A stretch of 64,000 bases of DNA from Sphingopyxis sp. GTDB lineage: Bacteria > Pseudomonadota > Alphaproteobacteria > Sphingomonadales > Sphingomonadaceae. A program made the translations under genes and the position numbers. The stretch lies in NCBI GenBank assembly GCA_016793775.1, contig JAEULK010000011.1, positions 2,686-66,685 on the forward strand, in the 5' to 3' direction. Below, piece by piece: positions 36,406-44,656 of this stretch. Every line of letters begins with the position of its first letter. Position 1 is the first letter of the stretch. The notes under the pieces were generated by a model. That model saw nothing but the letters and a program-made list of their open reading frames with translations. It did no database searches and was not told the origin of the DNA.

Positions 36406-37529
36406 TCGATATCCTCGACCTCGACCTTTTCGCCGGTCACCTTCTGCGACAGCGCGGCGGCCATGAAGGGATCGAGCGCGCCGTCGAGCACGTCGCCGGG
36501 GGCGGTCGAGGTGACGCCGGTGCGCAGGTCCTTCACCAGCTGATAGGGCTGGAGGACGTACGACCGGATCTGGTGGCCCCAGCCGATTTCGGTCTTGGCC
36601 TGATATTCGCCCGATGCCGCGGCCTCGCGCTTCTGGAGCTCGGCCTCGTACATGCGCGCCTTCAGCATGCCCATCGCGGTGGCGCGGTTCTTGTGCTGCG
36701 AGCGGTCGTTCTGCGACGCGACGACGATGCCTGTCGGGATGTGCGTGATGCGCACCGCCGAATCGGTGGTGTTGACGTGCTGGCCGCCCGCGCCCGAGGC
36801 GCGATAGGTGTCGATCTTGAGGTCGCCTTCGTTGATCTCGATATCGATATTATCGTCGATCACCGGATAGACCCAGACGCTGGAGAAGCTGGTGTGGCGG
36901 CGCGCCGAACTGTCGTAAGGCGAGATGCGGACGAGGCGGTGGACGCCGCTTTCGGTCTTTGAATAGCCATAGGCATTCTCGCCCTTCACGAGCATCGTCG
37001 CCGATTTGATGCCCGCCTGCTCGCCCGCCTGATATTCGACCAGCTCGACCTTGAAGCCGCGCTTTTCGGCCCAGCGGCTGTACATGCGCTGGAGCATTTC
37101 GGCCCAGTCCTGGCTCTCGGTGCCGCCGGCGCCGGCATGAACCTCGATATAGGCGTCGTTCGCGTCGGCCTCGCCCGCGAGCAGGGCTTTGATCTTGTCT
37201 TCCTCGGCGCGCGCGGCGAGCGCCGCGAGGCTGGCCACCGCTTCGTCGCCCAGCGCGGTGTCGCCTTCCATGTCGGCGAGTTCGATCAGTTCGGCGGTGT
37301 CGGCGCATTCCTGCTCGATCGCGCGCGTCGCGGTGATCGCCTCGTCGAGGCGGCGACGCTCGCGCATCACCTCCTGTGCCGCCTTGGCGTTGTTCCACAG
37401 GGTCGGATCCTCGACCTTGGCATTGAGTTCGTCGAGACGCCGCACCGCGCGGTCCCAGTCTAGGAAGCGGCGCAGCAGCGCCAGCGCGGCGCCAATCTTG
37501 TCGATATGATCCTGCGCTTCGGCGCGCAT
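36402..37529 (-). CDS. prfB: Peptide chain release factor 2 (no internal frameshift)
   Basis: GAGGTESQDW, GVHRLVRISPY (SPF-like), ASGAGGQHVN, WGHQIRSYV. Confidence 0.98.
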   Translation of the reverse strand: MRAEAQDHIDKIGAALALLRRFLDWDRAVRRLDELNAKVEDPTLWNNAKAAQEVMRERRRLDEAITATRAIEQECADTAELIELADMEGDTALGDEAVASLAALAARAEEDKIKALLAGEADANDAYIEVHAGAGGTESQDWAEMLQRMYSRWAEKRGFKVELVEYQAGEQAGIKSATMLVKGENAYGYSKTESGVHRLVRISPYDSSARRHTSFSSVWVYPVIDDNIDIEINEGDLKIDTYRASGAGGQHVNTTDSAVRITHIPTGIVVASQNDRSQHKNRATAMGMLKARMYEAELQKREAAASGEYQAKTEIGWGHQIRSYVLQPYQLVKDLRTGVTSTAPGDVLDGALDPFMAAALSQKVTGEKVEVEDID

Positions 37530-37602
37530 GGTCTTGCTCCTGAAAATATGCTGGTCATGCCCTTACGGCCTGGGACGCCGAAGGGGAAGAAGGCGCGGCG
37601 CG

Positions 37603-40116
37603 TCAGATGATGCCGCCGCGATCCTCCAGGAAGTCGTTGTCGCTGCGCCCGCCCTTGCCCTGTTGCACCGGCGCGTCCTGGCGCTTGGCGGCCTTGGCGG
37701 GTTTGATTTCCTCCTCGCGGATCGTCCGCCGGGGTTCGCTCTCGGGCTTGAACGCTTCCCAGATGATCGAAGCCTTGGGATCGGTGCCCGGCCAGCTGCC
37801 ATAAACGCGGCGGCCCGACTGGCGGTCGATGCGCACCATACGGATGCCCCTGGGGGCGCTGAACGGGATCGGCTGGCGATCGTCGAGCGCGACGAGCGCG
37901 AAATCCTTGAAGATCGGTGCCGCGAGGCTGCCGCCCTGGGCATAGCCGCCCATGTTCCGCGGCTGGTCGTACCCGATATAAACGCCCGCGATGACGTCCG
38001 GCGAACCGCCGACGAACCAGACGTCCTTGGGCCCCGAGGTGGTGCCGGTCTTGCCGAACAGGGGCACGCCCAGATCGCGCAGCCGCACCGCGGTGCCGCG
38101 CTGGACGACGCCTTCGAGCATATGGACGACCTGATAGGCGGTGAGCGGGTCCATCAGCTGCTTGCCGGTCTTGGCGAAGCGCGGCATCGGGCGCCCGTCC
38201 CAATCCTTCTTGTTGCAGCCCTCGCACGCTTTCCACTTCACCGGGAAGATCACCTTGCCGCGGCGGTCCTGGACATAGTCGATGACGCGCGGCTTGAGCT
38301 CGCGGCCATGATTGGCGAGCATGGCGTAGGCGTTGGTGATCTTTTCGACCGTGGTCGATCCGGCGCCGAGCGCGGTCGAGAGATAGGGTTCATGCTCGCC
38401 GATGCCCATGGTGCGGATGGTGTCGACGATCGGTTCCATGCCGACCTGGCTCGCGGTGCGCACCGTCATCAGGTTGCGCGACTGTTCGAGGCCCCAGCGC
38501 ATCGTATGTTCGCCCGACCCGCCGCCGCCGCCGAAGTTGCGGAAACATTTATTGCCGAAACGCGCGCCCTGATAGACGCAGAAGCTGCCGTCCACGATCA
38601 TCGTCGCGGGGGTCATGCCATTGTCAAGCGCGGTCGCATAGACGAAGGGCTTGATCGTCGAGCCCGGCTGGCGTTCGGCCTGGGTCGCGCGGTTGAAGGG
38701 CGACAGCTTGACGTCGAAACCGCCCTGCATCGCATAGATGCGTCCCGAATGCGGGCTTTCGACGATCATGCCGCCCGACACCTCGGGAATGTTGCGCAGC
38801 GCATAGACGCCGCCGCTGCCCTTGACTGCGATCAGGTCGCCGGGGCGCATCGCCGAGAAAGCGCTGCCGCCGGTCTTGCGATAGCCCAGCGTCGCGGACC
38901 CCGCGGGCAGCGAGCCGGTGGTGCCGTCGGCGAAACCGATGCGCGCCGCGGCGGCGCTTTTCGACAGCACCGCGGCGACGCGCCAGCCGTCGTAATCGAT
39001 GCCGATGAAGCTCGAGGCGAGGCGGCTCTGCCACTGGTCGTCGGCCTCGATCGTCGCGATCGGCCCCGACCAGCCCTTGCCCGCATCGTAGCGGATCAGG
39101 CCCTTGCGCAGCGCGCTGGTCGTCGCCCCCTGCATCTTGCCGTCATAGGCGGTGCGCACCCACAGACCGCCGGCATAGACGCTGTGCGGTCCGTCCTCGG
39201 CGGTTTCGCCGAACTCGGCCATCAGCTGGCGCCGCACCTCTTCCATATAATAGCCGCCGACCTGCGCGATCGCGCGGTTGCCGGTTTCGGACAGGCCGAG
39301 TGGCATCGCGCGCGCGGCGTCGCGCTGCGCGGCGGTGATCCATTCGTTGCGGTACATTTCCCCGAGCACGAAATTGCGCCGTGCCAGCCCTTCGGCGGCG
39401 AAACGCGACCGGCCGTATTTTTCGGGCGCCTTGGGCAGGATGGCGAGAAATGCCATTTCGTGGAGCGCAAGCTGATCGACATCCTTGTCGAAATAGGCGC
39501 GCGCCGCGGCCTGGATCCCGAAGCTGCGGCGGCCGAGCGGAATCTCGTTGAGATAGAGTTCGAGAATCTGTTCCTTGGTCAGCGCCGCCTCGATGCGGCG
39601 GGCGAGGATCAGCTCGCGAATCTTGCGGCGATAGCTGAGCTCGTTGGTCAGCAGCAGGTTCTTGGCCACCTGCTGGGTGATCGTCGAGGCGCCGACCGGG
39701 CGCCCGCTGTTCGTCATATTGGTGACGATCGCGGTCGCGATGCCCGGATAGTCGATGCCGCCATGGCTGAAGAAGGTGCGGTCCTCGGCGGCGAGGAAGG
39801 CGCGGACGAGCAATTGCGGATATTCGCTATATTCGAGCTGGACGCGGCGTTCGCGCGCATAGCTGTGCACCGGCTTGCCCTCGGCATCGCGGACCATCGT
39901 CGGCAGCGGCGGTTCGTAATCGCGCAATTGTTCGACCGAGGGCAGATCGCGCGCGAAAATCAGCCAGATCAGGAAGAGGCCGAGCAGCGCTGTGAGGACG
40001 AGATAGCCGAGCCAGCGGAACCAGCGGCGCGTCCACATGGTACGGAACCAGCCGAAAACGGCATTGCTGTCGCGGCGCAGGCGCAGGCGGAAATCGGGCG
40101 GGCTGTCGGCGACCAT
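37603..40116 (-). CDS. mrcA: Class A penicillin-binding protein 1A
   Basis: AAEDRTFF, GASTITQQVAKN, RK..E; transpeptidase motifs STIK, SRN, KTGT. Confidence 0.95.
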   Translation of the reverse strand: MVADSPPDFRLRLRRDSNAVFGWFRTMWTRRWFRWLGYLVLTALLGLFLIWLIFARDLPSVEQLRDYEPPLPTMVRDAEGKPVHSYARERRVQLEYSEYPQLLVRAFLAAEDRTFFSHGGIDYPGIATAIVTNMTNSGRPVGASTITQQVAKNLLLTNELSYRRKIRELILARRIEAALTKEQILELYLNEIPLGRRSFGIQAAARAYFDKDVDQLALHEMAFLAILPKAPEKYGRSRFAAEGLARRNFVLGEMYRNEWITAAQRDAARAMPLGLSETGNRAIAQVGGYYMEEVRRQLMAEFGETAEDGPHSVYAGGLWVRTAYDGKMQGATTSALRKGLIRYDAGKGWSGPIATIEADDQWQSRLASSFIGIDYDGWRVAAVLSKSAAAARIGFADGTTGSLPAGSATLGYRKTGGSAFSAMRPGDLIAVKGSGGVYALRNIPEVSGGMIVESPHSGRIYAMQGGFDVKLSPFNRATQAERQPGSTIKPFVYATALDNGMTPATMIVDGSFCVYQGARFGNKCFRNFGGGGGSGEHTMRWGLEQSRNLMTVRTASQVGMEPIVDTIRTMGIGEHEPYLSTALGAGSTTVEKITNAYAMLANHGRELKPRVIDYVQDRRGKVIFPVKWKACEGCNKKDWDGRPMPRFAKTGKQLMDPLTAYQVVHMLEGVVQRGTAVRLRDLGVPLFGKTGTTSGPKDVWFVGGSPDVIAGVYIGYDQPRNMGGYAQGGSLAAPIFKDFALVALDDRQPIPFSAPRGIRMVRIDRQSGRRVYGSWPGTDPKASIIWEAFKPESEPRRTIREEEIKPAKAAKRQDAPVQQGKGGRSDNDFLEDRGGII

Positions 40117-40178
40117 CGTGATGAGCCTCTAAAGCGTGTCCCGGCGAAAGGGAAGTATGGTTGCGGTGGCGTGCGAGA

Positions 40179-40277
40179 CTCCCCTCCCGCTGGCGGGAGG
40201 GGTCGGGGGAGGGACTGTTTGTTAGGCCCTAGTCTCGACAGGCCCTCCCCTAGCCCCTCCCGCCAGCGGGAGGGAGA
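40179..40277. repeat. Palindromic repeat, family A
   Basis: Shares GGGGTCGGGGGAGGG and ACAGGCCCTCCCCTAGCCCCTCCCGC with the 13996 copy. Confidence 0.9.
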
Positions 40278-41414
40278 CTACCGCGCCCGGCCGCGCGCGC
40301 TGACCGGCCAGATCGCGACCAGAGTCTCGCCCTCGACGACATGATAATGGTCATAGAGGTTCACCGTCGGGTCGCAGTGCGGGACCGTGAGCGTGACCGG
40401 ATCGCCGGGAGCGAGCGCGTTACCGATGCCCGGCGCGATCAGCGCGGCATGTTCGTCGCCCATGAAAGCGAAGAAGGCGGTCTCCGGCGCGCCCCGCCGC
40501 ACGACCGCGACGCCGCCGTCGGTCGAGAGCGACTTGATGCCGGCATCGATGGTGACGAGGCCGCTGTGGTTGGCGCTGACGACGCGGGTATCGACGCCGA
40601 GCGATGTCTCGAACGGGATGGAGCCGTCGCCGGTCAGGTCGCAGTCGCCATATTGCTTGTCCATGAAGACATAGCTGCCGGCCTGCAGTTCGGTGAAGAT
40701 ACCGAGGTCGAGGTCGATGCGGTGGGTGCCGGTGCCCGACCCGGTGACGATTTCGGGCTTGTGGCCGGCTTCGGTGAGCGCGGCGATGACGCTCTGCAGA
40801 TAGGCGGTACGCTCCTCGATCACGGCGCGGCGCTCGGCAAAGCTTTCGATATGCTGTTGCGAGCCGCAATAATATTGCACGCCGCGATAGTGGAGGTTCG
40901 GAAGGGCGGCGATCGTCTCGGCCAGCGCCACCGCCGCTTCGGGCGAGGCGACGCCGGTACGGGCGATGCCGGGATCGATGTCGATGATGACATCGAGGCT
41001 GGTTTCGAGCGTCGCGGCGATTCGCGTGGCGACCGCCGGGTGATCGACGACCGCCATCAGGCCTTCGGCGCTGTTCGCCAATGCAGCGAGCCGTTCGATC
41101 GCCTGCGGTGCGGCGACAGGCGAGGTGATCAGGATGCCGGTGACGCCGCCACCCGCCAGCACCTCGGCCTCGCCGATCTTGGCGCAGCAGACGCCGGCGG
41201 CGCCCGCGGCGAGCTGGCGCTTGGCGATATCGACGCTTTTGTGGGTCTTGGCGTGCGGGCGAAGGCCAACGCCGCGCGCCGCGACCAGCTCCGCCATCGC
41301 GGCGATATTGCGGTCGAGCGCGTCCGCATCGAGGACGAGAACCGGGGTATTGAGGTCGGCGCGGCTGCCTTGCTGCCCGATCAAATGGCGGTGCAGCGTC
41401 GGATCGTCGGTCAT
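40278..41414 (-). CDS. DSD1/D-threonine aldolase-like fold-III PLP enzyme
   Basis: TPVLVLD, RPHAKTHKS, GSGTGT, ELQAGSYVFMD, EH, HCDPTVNL. Confidence 0.9.
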   Translation of the reverse strand: MTDDPTLHRHLIGQQGSRADLNTPVLVLDADALDRNIAAMAELVAARGVGLRPHAKTHKSVDIAKRQLAAGAAGVCCAKIGEAEVLAGGGVTGILITSPVAAPQAIERLAALANSAEGLMAVVDHPAVATRIAATLETSLDVIIDIDPGIARTGVASPEAAVALAETIAALPNLHYRGVQYYCGSQQHIESFAERRAVIEERTAYLQSVIAALTEAGHKPEIVTGSGTGTHRIDLDLGIFTELQAGSYVFMDKQYGDCDLTGDGSIPFETSLGVDTRVVSANHSGLVTIDAGIKSLSTDGGVAVVRRGAPETAFFAFMGDEHAALIAPGIGNALAPGDPVTLTVPHCDPTVNLYDHYHVVEGETLVAIWPVSARGRAR

Positions 41415-42664
41415 GCGAAAAGGTCTTCCAGATGCGGGTTGAGGAATTTGCCGCCCGGATCGGCGGCGCGGCGGACGGCGCGATAGCGCTCGGCCATCGG
41501 GTAGAGGCTGTCAACGTCGGCACGGGTCAGCGTGTGGCGCTTGGCCCAATGCGGCCGGCCGCCCGCGCTGCGGAAAATCGCCTCGGCATCGGCGAACAGG
41601 CCGACCCACGGCATCTTGGCATATTGGTGCATCGAGATCGCCGCGACCGGCCCCGCGTTCATCGGGCTCATCCAGATGTCGTCGGCGGCGACGGTGCGAT
41701 ATTCGAAGGGGAAGGTGACGGGCAGGCGTTTTTTTCGGATCCAGCCGACGACCTCGGCCAGCGCATCGATCCCTGCCGCGCGCGGCAATTCATATTCCAT
41801 CTCCTCGAAGCGGATGGTGCGATCCGACGGGAAGATTGTGTGGGCGGGGCCGCGGCGGTGGCCGTTGAAGCCGGTCTTCATCATGCCGCGCTGGAGCCAG
41901 GGGGTGAGGAACGGCAGGCGCGCCGCGCTGTCGAGCACGCGGCGAAAGGCGGTTTCCTCCATGTCGGTGGTGGTCGGCGGCGGGTCGCAGGGATCGCAAA
42001 GGTCGAGCGTTTTCAGGATCACATGATCGGCGTGAGGGAAGAACCAATATTCGATATGCCTGTGCTGCGCGGCGAGATCGTCATAGCTTTCGCGCACCTC
42101 ATCCCAGCGGCGTTTTTCGATGCGTTCGGACAGGTGGAAGGCGGGTACCACCGCCGCTTCGATTTCGGTCGCGATGCCGAACATGCCGAGCGACACGCGC
42201 TGCGCTTGATACAGATCGGGATGGGCGTCGGCGTCGCACCATCGCGCCTCGCCGTCGGCGCCGACCAGGCGAAACCCGCGTGCCATCGTCGCGAGGCTGC
42301 CGAGGTCGACCCCGGTGCCATGGGTACCCGTCGCCATCGCGCCCGCGAGCGACTGTGGGTTGACGTCGCCTTGATTGGCGAGCGCCAGCCCTTCGTCCCA
42401 CAGCGCGGCGGTCAGCCGCTTGATGCTCCAGCCCGCGGGGATGCGGGCGGTGGCGCGATCGGGTGCGATGGCGATCTGGCCCGGCAGATCCTCGAGGCCG
42501 AGAATCAGTTCGTGCGATTCGCACAGCGGCATGAAGCTGTGCCCGGCGCCCGTGGCGCGCACCTTTCGGGCTTTGCGGACGAGGCTCGCGAGTTCGTCCT
42601 CGCTTTGCGGGCGGGTGACGGCGACGGGCGCAGCGACGCTGCCCGACCAGTTGCTCCAAGACAT
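41411..42664 (-). CDS. D-arabinono-1,4-lactone oxidase-like FAD oxidoreductase
   Basis: WSNW, GAGHSF, GAMATGTHG, FEEMEY, GGRPHWAK. Confidence 0.9.
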   Translation of the reverse strand: MSWSNWSGSVAAPVAVTRPQSEDELASLVRKARKVRATGAGHSFMPLCESHELILGLEDLPGQIAIAPDRATARIPAGWSIKRLTAALWDEGLALANQGDVNPQSLAGAMATGTHGTGVDLGSLATMARGFRLVGADGEARWCDADAHPDLYQAQRVSLGMFGIATEIEAAVVPAFHLSERIEKRRWDEVRESYDDLAAQHRHIEYWFFPHADHVILKTLDLCDPCDPPPTTTDMEETAFRRVLDSAARLPFLTPWLQRGMMKTGFNGHRRGPAHTIFPSDRTIRFEEMEYELPRAAGIDALAEVVGWIRKKRLPVTFPFEYRTVAADDIWMSPMNAGPVAAISMHQYAKMPWVGLFADAEAIFRSAGGRPHWAKRHTLTRADVDSLYPMAERYRAVRRAADPGGKFLNPHLEDLFA

Positions 42665-42676
42665 GCCGCTCTCCCT

Positions 42677-42750
42677 CGTCATCCCGGACTTGATCCGGGA
42701 TCCGCCTTTTCCTTCAAGAAGGCAGGCCCCGGGTCAAGCCCGGGGTGACG
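42677..42750. repeat. Palindromic repeat, family C
   Basis: CGTCATCCCGGACTTGATCCGGGATCC ... CCCCGGGTCAAGCCCGGGGTGACG. Confidence 0.88.
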
Positions 42751-42769
42751 AGGGTGGATCCACGCAGGG

Positions 42770-44032
42770 TCAGTTCGATGCGATCTGGCGCGCGAAATGG
42801 ATCTGCACCGCGTCGCGGACGCCGCGCGCGAGCTTTTTCTGCCCCGCCGCCGAGGCGAGGAATTCGGAATCGCTTTCGTTCGAGATGAAGCCGGTTTCGA
42901 ACAGGACCGACGGCGTATCAGGCGCCTTCAGCACCACGAAGGAGGCGAAGCGGTGCGCGGTGGTGCGGAACTTGACGTCGTCGGCCGCCTCGCGCTGGAG
43001 CAGCCGGGCGAAGTCGGAGGCGACATTCATCGTTTCGCGCTGGGTCAGGTCGAGCAGGATCGAAGACACCTCGCTGCTGTGCGCGCCGAGATCCACGCCG
43101 TTGATGATGTTGGCCTTGTTCTCGCGCGCCGCGAGCCGGGCGGCTTCGCGGTCGGAGGCGACTTCGGAGAGGGTGTAGATCGACGCGCCGCTCGCCTGCT
43201 GATTCTCGGCGGCGTCGGCGTGGACCGAAATGAACAGGTCGGCCTTCAGCCGGCGCGCGATGCCATAGCGTTCCTCGAGCACCAGATAGCGGTCGTCGCC
43301 GCGCGTCAGCGCGACGCGGACGCGCCCCGAGGCGATCAGGTCGTCGCGAATCGCGCGCGCGATGCCCAGCGTGATGTCTTTTTCGCGCTTGCCGCTGTGC
43401 GGGCTGATCGCGCCCGGATCATGCCCGCCATGCCCGGCGTCGATGACGACGAGCGGAAGGCGCGCATTGTTCGGCCCCTCGATGCGCGGCAGCGAGACCG
43501 CGGGCTTGGGTTTGCCGATCGGCACCGTCACAGAATAGCGTTTTTCGGGCGGTTTGGCGCGGAATTCGGCGGGCGGTTGCAGCTGGAGCCGGGGGCCACG
43601 CGAGGCGCGCTGGAATTCGTCGGCCGACACCGGATGGAGCTTGAACGACAGGCTGCGCCCGTCGGCGGCGAAATGGGCGTTGGACACGAGCGCCGGCTGG
43701 TCGAGGTCGAGCACGACGCGCGCGGTCCCCGGCCCCTGCTGGCCCTGGCGCACCGCGCGGACGAGCCCGGCGCCCCGCGGCGAATGGCCGGCGTCGGCGC
43801 CCGCAATATCGAGTGCGATCCGGTCGGGACCCGCGAGCAGCAGGGTCGAGGCACCCGCGACAAAATCGTCGAACCGCACCGTCACATCGCCACCCTCGAT
43901 CTCGATCGCGCCGATATTGCCCGCGAGCACGGCGGGTCCGGCCATCAGCCACGAGAGGAAGAGCGAAGCGAGAAGCACGGAACGATTATGCCGTCGGGCG
44001 GGACGGTTGGTCCAGTCTTTATCCGAAAACAT
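42770..44032 (-). CDS. amiC: N-acetylmuramoyl-L-alanine amidase (AMIN plus Amidase_3); start uncertain
   Basis: VVIDAGHGGHDPGA, EK, FISVHAD, VLKAPDTPSVLFETGFISN. Confidence 0.93.
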   Translation of the reverse strand: MFSDKDWTNRPARRHNRSVLLASLFLSWLMAGPAVLAGNIGAIEIEGGDVTVRFDDFVAGASTLLLAGPDRIALDIAGADAGHSPRGAGLVRAVRQGQQGPGTARVVLDLDQPALVSNAHFAADGRSLSFKLHPVSADEFQRASRGPRLQLQPPAEFRAKPPEKRYSVTVPIGKPKPAVSLPRIEGPNNARLPLVVIDAGHGGHDPGAISPHSGKREKDITLGIARAIRDDLIASGRVRVALTRGDDRYLVLEERYGIARRLKADLFISVHADAAENQQASGASIYTLSEVASDREAARLAARENKANIINGVDLGAHSSEVSSILLDLTQRETMNVASDFARLLQREAADDVKFRTTAHRFASFVVLKAPDTPSVLFETGFISNESDSEFLASAAGQKKLARGVRDAVQIHFARQIASN

Positions 44033-44656
44033 CCAAGGCCACCTGCGGGTCATCACGATGAACCGGTCATTAGGGATGGCGCGTCAAGTCGCGGTGAAAG
44101 GTCAGGGTTAACCGGCAGTTCAGCATGATGCGGCGAACGGCACCCCTTGCCGCCGTCATCGTCATACCCATATTTTTCCGGTGCTTGCTGTTGCCGTTCG
44201 ATGACGCCGATGCTAGCACCCGCAACGCTGACGGTGTCATTGCCTGACCCGTCGGGCCTTATGCGGGGAACGCGCCCAACCGGCACCGGAATGACGGACC
44301 GAACGGCAGCTCTCCCCCGGTGCCCGACAATCCAGGCCTGGCAACCTGCCGTCGGCCCACCCGGATGCCCGGGCAGCGAAGGAAGATCAGCCGCTGGTCG
44401 ATTCGCGCTGGCCGGTCATCCCGCTAAACAGGTTGATGCCGCATGAGGCTTGCCATGCCCTCTTCTCTCCGCGACGCAGGCGCTTTCGCGCGCGCTGTCG
44501 GCCGGGCGGAAGACCGCATGCGCGTCCAGGACAGGACGCAGGCTCCCCGCGGCAATAACGTCTTTTTTCGTTTGAACCCTATCGACCGCAGCCATCCCGA
44601 CCGGATGTCCGCGGCCTTTTTTGTTGGCGCGCCACGGCGTGCCTGGAGTGATAATA

